This document shows, piece by piece, positions 24,607 to 37,628 of a stretch of DNA of 64,000 nt (position 1 is the first letter of the stretch; the number at the start of each line of letters is the position of its first letter). The notes beneath the pieces were generated by a model. It saw only the letters and a program-made list of their open reading frames with translations, was not told the DNA's origin and ran no database searches. Source of the DNA: Eledone cirrhosa (Eukaryota); assembly GCA_964016885.1 (NCBI GenBank), contig OZ024743.1, positions 225,928,001-225,992,000 on the forward strand. The letters run 5' to 3'. The position numbers and the translations under genes are program-made.

Positions 24607-24610
<4 letters not shown>
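23576..24610. mobile_element. Non-coding 522-bp circularly permuted unit in head-to-head inverted arrangement (retrozyme/pLTR-like)
   Basis: The right arm repeats with period 522 (24007 and 24529); the left arm 23576-24011 is the inverse of the same unit read across the wrap point; (TA)n flanks. Confidence 0.85.
24358..24451 (+). ncRNA. Type I HHR with G3-C8 swapped core and full stem III; inverse copy at 23826-23919
   Basis: TCTCCTTTG GTGACCA T-CCGAT...ATTGG-T GAAA TATATTTCT-TACTTAA-AGAAATATA TA CAAAGGAGA: perfect 9-bp stems I and III. Confidence 0.8.
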
Positions 24611-24669
<59 letters not shown>

Positions 24670-25732
24670 TTAAAACAATGAAATAAAAAATCAAGTCATT
24701 AGAGATATACTTCACTGCTTTACGATCGTTTCTAGATGGTGATAATACATTGTATCTATACTCAGTTATTGATCTATGTAAGTTTACAAACTATCATATA
24801 GAGAGAATATTTACTTACATGCATATCACCAGCTGTTTTCAAAAGCAATCAAGGGTTGGATGCGTCGTCACTGAACAAGTCATTACTTATTCAGAGCTAC
24901 TGGCCTCTAAGGCAAACCAGCGTCTCCATCTCGTTTATATATATATACTCCCTCACTCGACACAATGCATTTGGTGCAATTTATTCCAGAACCAAGGACG
25001 TTGTCATGTCTTTGACATATAAAAAGAGTTCTCTCTATCTTTTCTTTGGCAGACTTACTAAAACTGTTCACAAATACATCGTGGAAAATCATAGAAGTAT
25101 ATTGTGTTGCCAAAGCATTACGGATGAACATAGAGGTTGTCTGTGTTCACAAATGCATTAGAAAAGAACATGGAGGAATTGTACGGTGAAAAATGTACCA
25201 TGAAGGAACATGGGGGTATTGTATCATTGTGAAAAAGATTATGAGGAGACATAGAAGCTTTTTGCTTTGTTTATTGATGACCATAACCAAATTGTTGAAC
25301 ATCTGGGATACATTTAATGGACGTATATGTACATCTGAAGATAATCGGGTGTATTTTTGTAAAGCTAAAATGCATTATGATAGAAAGGATTATTTCATCG
25401 TTACATTTGTGACAAGAGAAAATAAACATCACATCATTAATCGATATGTATAAATGTTTTTTTTTATTTATCTCGGAGAAATATGATAGAAATAAAATTA
25501 AAAATAATTACAAGGCGAGCTCATATTTAAAATCAAAACTACATTATTAAGATAATTACTTGATAATTTGATGGTGATTAGGAAGAAAATTACTGCCAAT
25601 GCTGGTTTTTGCTAATCACTTTTGGCAAAAGTTATTTGAAACTAAAACATTTCAATATTTTCTCATCTTTCAATTGTTCGAATATTTTTATTTTAGCGAT
25701 TGTTTCTTTTTAGTGAGGCTTAATTTGATGTA

Positions 25733-25815
<83 letters not shown>

Positions 25816-26154
25816 GTATGTGTGTATATATATACATATATATTTGTGTGTGTGCACATATATACATATACAGACACACATATATACCTATATAAATATA
25901 TATTTGTATACACGTATATGCATATATAGACGCACACACTCCTATACACACACACATTCACACAAAAAATATACACGTAGATGAGCGCAGGCGTGTGTCG
26001 GTATGTCCTGTATGTGCGTATTTGTAAATGAGGATAGAAATTCAATATTCACATTTGTAAGCATTTTTATTTTATACACATGTTTTTTGTCTCTCCATAC
26101 GTGCATAGAGTCTTATATACATACATACATACATACATACATACATACACACAT

Positions 26155-26340
26155 GTTTGGACCAAAGTATGACTGAACTTGGATTTGCGGACAAAGAGCG
26201 CAGCTCCCTAATTCATAGTCTACAAATGGCTGCGATAGCTGGCACCTTCAAAATTTGCAAAACATTCTTACGATTCAAGGGATGACAATTTCTTTTCTTT
26301 TACAACCTTGCCACCAGGAAGGTGGCCGGTCAAAAAATAT
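26155..26340 (+). mobile_element. 3' fragment of a restriction-like-endonuclease non-LTR retrotransposon (R4/Dong-like) in (TACA)n
   Basis: Translates to ELGFADKERSSLIHSLQMAAIAGTFKICKTFLRFKG*, resembling the RLE C-terminal QxAxxxGTxxI motif. Confidence 0.55.
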
Positions 26341-26759
26341 ACTCGAAATTAAGAGAAAGAGATAACATACGTACATAAATACATACATACATACATACAT
26401 ACATACATACATACACACATAAATACATACATACATACGTACATAAATACATACATACATACATACATAAATATATACGTACTTGCATGCATACATATAA
26501 ATATTGATAAACATGCGCATATATACACCTATATACATACACACCTATATACATACATACACGTACACTTATATATGCAAATTTAATGAAAAACATACAA
26601 ATTCACACACGCCATAACATGCATGAATGCAAACACTTACACAAACATAACTTTCTCTCTCTCTATCTCTCTCTCACTTTCTCTCTTTCTCTATTCCACC
26701 CCTCTCTCTCTCTCTCTACACACACACACATATATATATGTATGTATGTATATATATGT

Positions 26760-27372
26760 ATGTCGGATCACTCTTGAGTGTTACTGGTAACATGTAACCC
26801 AGTACAACCTGTCGCATGGTCGGGTCGTCGGCGACTAAACCGGTAACCCCACCAAGTTTACTTGGTGAGGATGGTGATTTTGGACACCCTGCAGGACAAA
26901 AAACAAAACCTGACAAAGGGCGGAAGAACTCATAAGAGTCAACGGTCATCCAAATGTGTGTAAATATGGATATGCACATGTATATATATGTGTATATATA
27001 TGGGTGCATGTGTATGTATATGCGCGGGGACATATAAATAGTCGGGCTGGACACCCGATCGCGCGGTTAAACCACTGGGAGTGAAGGACCCCTCACCTTT
27101 GTCAGGGCATTCTTCTAGGAGAAGGCAATTCAGGAAACTGGGATAACTCCGATATAAAACCTGCGGCTCAGTAGTTACCGATGATGTTGATCTTTTCTTC
27201 TTTTCGGTTTATAGCTACTGTCGCTCAGAGAGTGGGATTGGCTCAGTGCACAGTCTTTCCTCACTTAAAAAAATATCTTCACGCACATGCATTGCACGAT
27301 AGAATTAATTAATAATTATTAATAATGGTATTTCATGCAATGGCCATACTCGATAACGTGGGGGCAGCCATC
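26760..27372. mobile_element. Probable RTE-type LINE 5'UTR-derived non-autonomous fragments
   Basis: GC-richer blocks with a TCTAGGAGAAGG...AAACC motif typical of RTE 5' UTRs; no ORF. Confidence 0.35.
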
Positions 27373-27882
27373 ATATATGTATGTACGTGTGTGTGTTTTT
27401 GTGTGTATACACCTACATATATTTATATATGCAAGACCATAAACATGATGTCCTGTGTTTGACTTCGCGGCGTAGCTCCTTGGGCAAGTGTCTTTGATCT
27501 GGGATTAAACATCAACAACTCCGTTGAGCTGAATTTCACCCAAATTACACTTGACTGTCTTGATTATATATCTGCATGCCTAGATGAATAACAAAACAGC
27601 AACAATAACTGATTAGTGTCATGTTGTTTGAGTAAGTGTTGAATAGAAGATGGGTCTTGAGAAATATGGGAAGGAAAGAGTATGATATATGTTCATGTAG
27701 TGTTGTTGCTAAGGCGACGAATTAGCATAGTTTATAGGACGTTGGATACCAGGATTTGCGGTAATCGTTGCGGTCATCATCGCTCTGATATCAAATCCAG
27801 CGAGGTCAACTTTTAAATAAAGTTCTAACCTAGTACTGGGATTGATTCTTACTCTATATGTCTCACTCTCTTACTCACTCAC

Positions 27883-27959
<77 letters not shown>

Positions 27960-29639
27960 GTCTGGACGAAATTGGTTGTATTCAAACTAGAAGAGGTTTA
28001 AAAATGCTTAAGAAAAGCTGCATCTTACGTGGGCACCCCGATGACTTCATTACATGGTGAAGGCTCATTGATGGATGAATGAATTGTTGTTGTTGCTGTT
28101 GTGTAGATCGAAGTAAGCTTTATTATTGAGAAAAGAACCTTCGTGTAGTGTACGTATTTCAGTTTGGTGGAAATAATTCACACTGAAAATATGTACAGAG
28201 TGGTGTACTTGATCTCAGATCAGAAATGTAAAATGTCTGCAGAGGATTTGAACTTGAATTTTAGCAGCACATTGCTGCAGAATAAATACCACACCACACA
28301 GAGACAGACGGACACATATGCACACACGCATACACACATACAGCACACACAGAAACATATATAAATGTATATATAAATGTATATATAAATGTATATATAA
28401 ATGTATATATATATAATTATATATATATGTATATGTAAAATTATATATGTATATGTATAATTATATATGTATATGTATTTATGTGTATAATTGTATATAT
28501 GTATATATGTATATAATATATATATACATGTATATATATATATAATTATATATGTATAATTTGTATAATTATATATATATGTGTATGTATGTATATATAA
28601 TATATATATATATATATACGAACACCTACATACAAACACATAATATATATATATATATATACGAACACCTACATACAAACACATACATACAAGCACATAT
28701 ATACATGCATATATGTATATACAAGCACATATATACATGCATATATGTATATACAAGCACATATATACTTGCATATATGTATATAAAAGCAAACATATAA
28801 ATGCACACACCCACATTTCTCCAATCAACCATGAAGCCAACTAAATCTCAATTTATTCTGAATGATGTAATTTCTGCGATATTCGATGGGAATTAACCAA
28901 TTCTATCAACCAATTCCAGTGCGGTTTCAAGGCTACTTTGGCTCACACACACACACGCACACGCACATACGCAAACACACACACACACATACGCACACGC
29001 ACACAAACACGCACACACAGACACACACACAAACACACACATATACACATACATACACAGGCACAATGTCCAATATCTCACACTGGGAGATATATGCGAT
29101 TCATGTGGAAAAAGCGCCCAACCAGACCAGACCAGATCAAACCAAACTAAACCTAACCAATCCAATACGCGACCCACACGTACACATAATTCTCTTCCTT
29201 TCTAATTTTTCTCTTTCTCTCGAGTTCTTGTTTGTTTGTGATTAACGCTAATGAGATTACAAGTTTCGCCCCTCCTCTTCTAAATTGGTGTGAAATAATG
29301 GTGTGTAATAATATTGGAATAATGGCGATTGGGAAGTGATTGCAAACGATGGTGTATTAGTAACGACTCAATGGTATATATTCACTAATGCTGTATTGTC
29401 TAGAATAAATGGATTGTTGTGCCCACCAATTACTATTAAAGTACGTATACACGGCCACCAACAACCTACCACTACCAATATATTACTGTAGTTGTAGCTG
29501 TAATAGCTGTAGATATGGCTATGCTTTACGAATGTTTGCGACATCTAGCTCTCTCTCCCCTCTCTCTCTCTCTGTCTCCTCCTCTCTCCTCTCTCTCTCT
29601 CTCTATATATATATATACACATACATATATACATATATA

Positions 29640-29723
<84 letters not shown>

Positions 29724-29768
29724 TAGATATATTTATACACACAAACACAGACAGATATATTTATATAA

Positions 29769-29858
<90 letters not shown>

Positions 29859-29873
29859 GTGTGTGTGTGTGTA

Positions 29874-29924
<51 letters not shown>

Positions 29925-30073
29925 TTATATTGATATTGATTTGTATTCACTTCTTTATCGCATTTTCTCCGGATTGATTTTATATATCTATATTATATAG
30001 AGATAGGTAAAATCTCGATTGCGGTACCAAGCGACACTCCCATGATTAGTAGTCTATCCGGACTCAACCCCGC

Positions 30074-30155
<82 letters not shown>

Positions 30156-30409
30156 TAACAGATTGAAGTTTAAGCAAAGAATCGCGGCTTTCACTCTTAA
30201 CGGGATCTTCTGAAACTAAAAAGAATCAATCTGTGAACGCAGAAGTAAACATTTCGATAAACGTTGCAACTGAAGGGAAACAGGAAGACGATGCAGAATT
30301 CTTATATATTTAATATATATTTATCCTTATGGAGCCCTCTTTGGATTTTAGTCTTCACATTTATTATCATTACTATGTATATATGTATATTTATATATAT
30401 ATTTAAAAA

Positions 30410-30622
30410 AATAGAGGTGTAACACACGAGTTGTGATATATTGGTAAAAGGAAAAGAAAATGCTGACAAATTGTTCCCAGTGAAAAATAGTTTAATTAGG
30501 AATAAGTATAAATTAGTAATAAGTATTGGTTAGTATTCAGTTTTAGTTTTAAGTTTTTACCGGTTGCGCATTTCTAATGCTTTTCAAAAATAATTTTGAG
30601 ATAGAGCGCCCGTGATGTTTGC
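30410..30622 (-). mobile_element. pLTR-like fragment (family also at 33785-33962, at 52565-52738 inverted, and diverged at 55720-55880)
   Basis: Sequence identity among the copies; contains an HHR-like motif at 30555-30590. Confidence 0.8.
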
Positions 30623-30803
30623 TCAAACATCGAAACCAACTTCTGTCGGACAGCGTATCAACTGAAATGGCTAACCGCCATCCAAAACAACACCGAGATC
30701 GATTACAACCCCACAACCCACCCCACACTTCCCACGTACCACCTCGACAACCCACTCCACCCCCCCACCCACCAACCACGAACTTGACACTAAACTACTC
30801 AGG

Positions 30804-32593
30804 TTGAAACATTCTATCTCTAACATCCTTTCCCAACACACACACACACACAATAAACACAACCTCACCAATGTACAATTTAATACTCTCACCAACCTAA
30901 GATCCAGGAACCTTGTTTACCTTCCCTCTGACAAGGGGAAAGAATTCTGTGTCATCTCGAGAGAGACCTACAACAACTTAGCTCTCCAACATCTTAATGA
31001 CGACAGCCTCTACTCGAAAGTCACAGGGACCTCCTCGACTCTAATCGAGGAAGGCATTAACACCATATGGACTAACATCTGTGTCCAACGACAACTGCCA
31101 AAGAAGGTAAAAGATAACATAATGACTCGAAACAGCAAACTACCCACCTTCTACCACCTGGTGAAAACCCATAAACAAGGACCCGATTTGAAAATTAGGC
31201 CCATTGTCTCTAGCGTGGAGGGCCCACTTTACAAAATATCGTGGCTGCTCTCCACACTACTGAAACCCATTCTACACACACTACCAGCCCACGTCTGCAG
31301 CTCAAAGGAGGTCTTGGAGCGACTACACCATCTGGCGCCCAACACCAGAAAGCACAACGGATATGCCTTTAGTCTTGATGTGGTCGCCCTTTATACCTCC
31401 GTACCAGCATCCCCAGCCGTCGACCTGTTGACCGAACGAGTCCGAGCATCTAACTTACACTGCTTCGGACTCACACACACGGACATCCACCAACTCCTCT
31501 CCTTCGTTGTGGATAATGCATTCTTCAATTTCCTCGACCACACGTACAAACAGATCTCTGGGCTACCTATGGGCATAGTCTGTCCGGCATACTTGCGATC
31601 TCGTACATGGACCACCTGAAACGCAAGGCACTCAACACCTGCCAACCCAACGCCGTCGCCTTCTACTCCAGATACGTTGATGACATACTGATACTCACTT
31701 CTTCCCGGGAGATGGCGAATGAAATTCACCAAATCTTTAACGACACTGACCATCACGTCGATTTCACCATCGAACACCCTGAAGAAGACGGGTCACTCGC
31801 CCTCCTCGACTTCCGTATCAACATCTCGGAAGAAGGAGACATAAACACCACCTTCTACCGCAAGGCAGCGTGCAAGGACTTATTTGTGCATTACAACTCA
31901 GCCCTCCCCAACAACGCTAAGAGAGGCTATGTCCTAAATGAACTTACACGGATCACTAATAGATGCAGCGACCCGATGGGTGGTCTCACCCATACCACGC
32001 AATTCCGTAATCTACTCAAGTCTAATGGATATCCCAAGCGACTGATTAACGGAATTAGAGACCCCAGACCCAATAGACAGACACCCACTAGAAACTTAGA
32101 TAAAAGCAGGTGCTTCTTTAAAATCCCCCACCTGAGTGAATATACCACGAACGCCATCCGCAGGGCCATACGGAGGGAGGGACTTGACATACATTTGGCC
32201 CACACAGGACCTTCGCTCCGAAGATGCCTTTCCACCAAACCCGACGAGTCAGATGGGACGTGTTCCCTCAGCAACTGCCCGATACGGGGGGCAGATTGCC
32301 TACGCACCTATGTCGTATATAAGATTCAATGCGATAAATGTAACAAGTTTTACATAGGTAGCACCATCCGACCCCTACATGTTCGTATCAAGGAACATGT
32401 CAACACCAACGCATCTTCCTTCCGTAAACACATCCTTAAATGCGGAAACCCACAGGGCAGACCTTTGGTCACAGTCCTAGCGACTGAACGCAGCATCGGA
32501 TCCTTAAGGATAAAGGAAGCACTTGTTATTAAGAACCTCAGACCCCCACTTAACAGCCGGGCTGAGAGAAATGAGCTGACATGGCTAATTTAA
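30804..32593 (+). pseudogene. PLE RT plus GIY-YIG (one frameshift near 31575)
   Basis: SDKG, KTHK, IRPIVS, SLDVVALYT, GLPMG, RYVDD, LLD, FYRK, NGYP, VVYKIQC..C..YIGST, RIKEH, RIKEAL. Confidence 0.93.
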
Positions 32594-32646
32594 CCATAGT
32601 GACCAGTAACAGCCTATTATCTTTCACACACATGCACTTATATGTA

Positions 32647-32735
<89 letters not shown>

Positions 32736-33074
32736 ATCTATATTTATACACGCACACATGTTTATACAACCTACCACCTTTCACACCCTTTGAATTCCAG
32801 CTTCTACGGCCCACTATCTTTCACACACACACACTCACATACATACACACATACACATATACACACATATATATTTACACACACATATTTTACGGCTTTC
32901 ACACGCTAGCTCACCCTAATGATTTAACCCAATTGGTCAGTAGCTTTTGCCACAGCCTATCACGCGCACGCGCATTCTTTCCCTCGTTTGAATTTTCCCC
33001 ATAACGGCATTCCTATGTTTTAACAACAATACAACTTTCTCCGGCTTAGCCTCTTCCCCCCCTTTTGGAACTTT

Positions 33075-33108
33075 CCCCCGTTGATGGGCGTGAGCCCGAA
33101 ATATTGGG
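33075..33108 (+). ncRNA. Degenerate minimal HHR
   Basis: CCC CCGTTGA T GGGC-GTGA-GCCC GAAA TA TT GGG; two core mismatches. Confidence 0.55.
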
Positions 33109-33292
33109 ATTAAATCTCCACTACGGTAACCCTTCTACCTTTGTTTTGTTTTCCTTTTTCGTTTCTCTCAATTTTCACTTTTCTCCTATTTCTCACTCAT
33201 TTCCCACCTCGAGATTTCCCATCTGCATTGTTGTGGCTTTATAAACTACATATTTTATATATTTCACAATGCTTCAAGCAAACTTTAACACC

Positions 33293-33345
<53 letters not shown>

Positions 33346-33467
33346 TTAGGGTAAATATTGATGCAATTCAATTCAAGCACTCAACGTACTTTTTCCACAT
33401 AGGAGTGACGGAGTAAATATCGAATAAGTAAAAGCGAAGTAGTTTCAGATGTTCAAGTCCTTTAATA

Positions 33468-33655
33468 ATAATTGTTTCTATTTTTGGCACAAGACCAGCA
33501 ATTACCCAGTACATTACTGGTACTTTATTTTATCGACCCCGTAAGGATGAAAGGCAAAGTTAACCTCGACGGGATTTGAACTCAGACCATAAAGGGACGT
33601 AACTATGCTAGAAAGCATGGCGTCCAACACTCTACCGATACTGCCAATTCACCGT
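33468..33655 (-). mobile_element. tRNA-derived Nin-domain SINE
   Basis: Reverse complement shows A box TGGCAGTATCGG, B box GAGTTCAAATCC, then GCCTTTCATCCTTACGGGGTCGATAAAATAAAGTACCAG. Confidence 0.85.
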
Positions 33656-34032
33656 GATATATATTTCAATGACGACACTGGCCACACTGTTCTGTGTGCG
33701 AGTGTTGTGACATCATCAGACAGCTTGTTACATAATAAGGTTATGTTTCCGAGGCAATCCAAGTTGAATCGACATGGGAACGTAGTAAAAGGAAAATAAA
33801 ATGCTGACACATTTTTCCCAGTGAAAAATAGCTTAATTAGGAATAATTATAAATTAGTAATATGTATTGGTTAGTATTCAGTTTTAGTTTTAATTTTTTA
33901 CCGGTTGCGCATTTCTAATGCTTTTCAAAAATAATTTTGAGATAGAGCGCTCGTGATGTTTGCACTAATATATATATACATATATATAGATAGATAAATA
34001 TACACGGGTGTGTATGATTGTGTATAGAAGAT

Positions 34033-34423
34033 TATATTAATAAAAGGAATTCTAACTTTGTCTGATTTACTCGTTTTATTTACAATCCTTTGAAATTTAT
34101 AATGGTATTAGACTGAAATAGTATGGTGGAATATTAAATGTTAAGTGTTAATTGAACAAGTACTTTTATGCTTTCGCAATCTTCAGGTTCATAATGTGTG
34201 GTGACAGTCAAGTTTGTAATTTTCAACTGATGAAAATTACAAACTTGACTGTCACCACACATTATGAACCTGAAGATTGCGAAAGCATGAAAGTACTTGT
34301 TCAATTAACACTTAACATTTAATATTCCACCATACTATTTCATTCTAATACCATTATAAATTTCAAAGGATTGTAAATAAAACGAGTAAATCAGACAAAG
34401 TTGGAATTCCTTTTATTAATATA
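34033..34423. mobile_element. Solo pLTR fold-back palindrome (~192-bp arms, 5-bp spacer)
   Basis: 34033-34225 is the inverse of 34231-34423; HHR motif in each arm. Confidence 0.9.
34265..34303 (+). ncRNA. Minimal type I HHR (the inverse copy at 34153-34191 has a GAAA>TAAA mutation)
   Basis: TGAAC CTGAAGA TTGC-GAAA-GCAT GAAA GTAC TT GTTCA. Confidence 0.9.
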
Positions 34424-34425
34424 TA

Positions 34426-34528
<103 letters not shown>

Positions 34529-34544
34529 TTGTATATATATATAC

Positions 34545-34660
34545 ATGGTGTCGTAGGCCTCATTATTTAGGGGGTTGTGTGTGGAGATGCATGGCAGGGC
34601 TTTCAGTTTCGATTCATTCTTTAGTTTGGGGTGTCTAAGTTCCTGGATACAGAGTTTATA
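34545..34660 (-). pseudogene. Short internal PLE ORF fragment between microsatellites
   Basis: IQELRHPK...LPCISTHNP resembles the PLE post-thumb region. Confidence 0.4.
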
Positions 34661-34676
34661 GACACACACACACGCG

Positions 34677-34809
<133 letters not shown>

Positions 34810-35412
34810 TCTTCTTCGTTCAGTTATTCCTGATTCGAGAGTGGTTGGAACAGTGTTATCACACACCACTTCTAGAGGGTCCAATGAGAAGCAAAATTTC
34901 TGAATGATCTCGTTAGAACGCTAAGCGATACCAGTCAAACTTATGAATGTTATCTAATCAGCTTACTCATAGTTTACCTCTCGGTCTCCTTCTGGTGGAC
35001 CTTACCTGTAAAATCTGTCCAATGATTCTTTCTTTAGAGATTTAAGCCACGGAGCTGAAATCTCTCGACGCGGAGAAATAGCGGCTCTATCTGGAGCTGA
35101 TTTCTGAGCTACGCAATCTGTCGACTAACGTTATTTAAACTCGGAGAGGTTTGTCTTCCCCCAGAGCTGCACCACATGTTCATCAGATGTTGTGATCGGG
35201 CGGATTGGACAGTAATTGATTTTTTTTATTGTCTATGACCTTTCTGATTCTTTGCTGGATGATCATGTTAAGAGATGGGCTGTACTCTCAAGTAATAATC
35301 ATTTAAATATCTGCAACTTGAGCCTTCCTAAGCCAAGAAAACCTACAAAACTGGCAGGTCTAGCTCGATCTTTAGAATAGTTTGGGAAGCGTTGAAGGAA
35401 GGGGGCGTCAGG

Positions 35413-35518
<106 letters not shown>

Positions 35519-35519
35519 T

Positions 35520-35564
<45 letters not shown>

Positions 35565-35792
35565 ATATCTATCTATCTATCTATCTTCCTATCTATCTAT
35601 CTCGGAGAAGATAGACGTTTTTGATTCGCTCCTGCATTTTGTCGAAATTTATTACGAGAAGCGGTGGGTTTGTTTAAATAACTTGTTATTTGTTGTGTGT
35701 AACCCCTCGCCTGGGCCTGCAGACGCTGGGTAAAATTTTTGGGGCGAAGTTTAATAGTTATAAGTTGTCGATGAAAGGTCGTTTAGTGACAA

Positions 35793-37440
35793 TGGACGCC
35801 ATTAATACGACGCATGCCACGCGCCCCAAGGAAAGTGATAGAGAGAAGGTAGCAGCACAACGCTGTAAGCCTTCCCTCCTCACTCCCGCAAAAGACACCA
35901 CGGATCAAAAGAAAAAATTGTGGAAATGGGTGAAAACCCCAAAAGTAACAATTACACAAACAAGAACAACAATGACAATAACAGCACAACCAACAACAGA
36001 AACAATGACAATAACAACACAACCAACAACAGCAACAATGACAATAGCAACACAACCAACAACAGAAACAATGACAATAACAACACAACCAACAACAGCA
36101 ATAATGACAACACCAACAAAGGAAAAAGCAAGCCAACACGAATAACAACAACAACAACAATGATAACAACACGAAAGAAAATGGACCCACAGCTGCAGTC
36201 TCCTTCGCACAGGCGGTCCGAGAAACGCAGACATACAAGGCACTGGACATCTCCCCCGAAGAAATTAGAAGGGACACAGTCCTGAGGACTGTAATCTTTA
36301 GGACAGTTTCCAACATGACTAGGAAACCGGCTCAATTGTCCCAAAGCGAAATTGAGCTGGTCCTAAGTAGTGCCTGGAAGGATATCACATTCATACAGAA
36401 AGGGAAACTGTATGGAAGCATATCTGTTTTAATGCAAGATGAATTGGCGGCACCGAAATATTCTGTGTCGCCAATTGCATCCAAAGCATACACCTTTTGC
36501 CCCACATATTTGGGGAAAAGAACTCAAAAGATAAGAATCTCGGGCATCAGGCCAAATGCGAGCATTTGGTGGGTGCTGACGGGATTTTTAGGAGATGAGG
36601 ACACAATCTTTTCGATAGGCGAATCCACCGGGGGCGTATTCGGCAGCAATAGCCTTGAAGTTCTGGTCCAAATGAGACCAGAACGGATAGCAAGAATACC
36701 GCAGCGTGTGTCCCTGGATGGAGTCGCCTTCATAAACATTTCTGTTGAGGGCAGGCGGCCTTCATGCTACCATTGTTCAAGAAGTGGTCACCTGAGGGCT
36801 TCCTGTCCCCTTTTCGATGCCCCCCAAAAGAAAGACGCTTCTGCCCACCCTCACACACAACAACACAACCACCACCACCACCACCACCATCATCACCACC
36901 ACCACCACAACCACAACAACCACAACAACACGAAAAAATAACAACACAAGACACTGTCCTCCCCCAACCTAAAACAAATACAAAAGCAACCACAACAAAA
37001 CCCCAAAATATACCCCTCCCCAACAACACGGACGAGGACCCCTTATCAACGTCACCCAGTGACGACGAGGGAGAACCCTTTCAACCGGTAAAAAGAAGGA
37101 AAAGAAGGCACCACATTAATAAAAATGCAACAAACACACAACCACCAGCACAAACAGAACAAACATCAAAAAACAAAAAAACCACCCCTCCCGAAAACAT
37201 AACACATACTACAAAACGCAAACTCACACAAGAAGAACAAACAAAAACAAACACAACACAACAAAAACAGTACACATACATCAACACAAACAACAAAACA
37301 CTTGTGCAAACAATAGACAAAGAAAATGTTCACCAACGCGGCGACTAAACCGCATTTAAAAATGATTAGGGTCCCAAGGGACACCTACGCAATGCTCAAA
37401 CAGAACTTTCCCGAGGACGTGGGGAACCCCTGTACTAGAC
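35793..37440 (+). pseudogene. Tx1 ORF1 (gag-like zinc knuckle), frameshifted
   Basis: CYHCSRSGHLRASC preceded by VEGRRPS; low-complexity T/Q/N linkers. Confidence 0.8.
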
Positions 37441-37628
37441 CTATCGACCGCGTCCTCTTGAAATGTCCCACCCCACACCACACACTAATGTCCCCACCAC
37501 ATCCCAAACCACCACCCCACCAAACAACCCCGCCGACAACCGCATGGAAATTGTGCAGCCTGGTCCCCAGTAGAAGGACAGGTAGGTGTCTTTTCCTTTT
37601 TCTCCACTCTAAACTCTTCACCACCAAA

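Larger units (their letters stand above)
30623..33296 (+). mobile_element. 5'-truncated PLE (YVDD type, non-Hydra clade) ending in (TA)n
   Basis: RT-EN ORF followed by a 3' UTR with a degenerate HHR at 33075-33108. Confidence 0.9.

Noticed and set aside
24670-25730. Possible decayed transposase or host exon
   Set aside because: No convincing motif in any frame.
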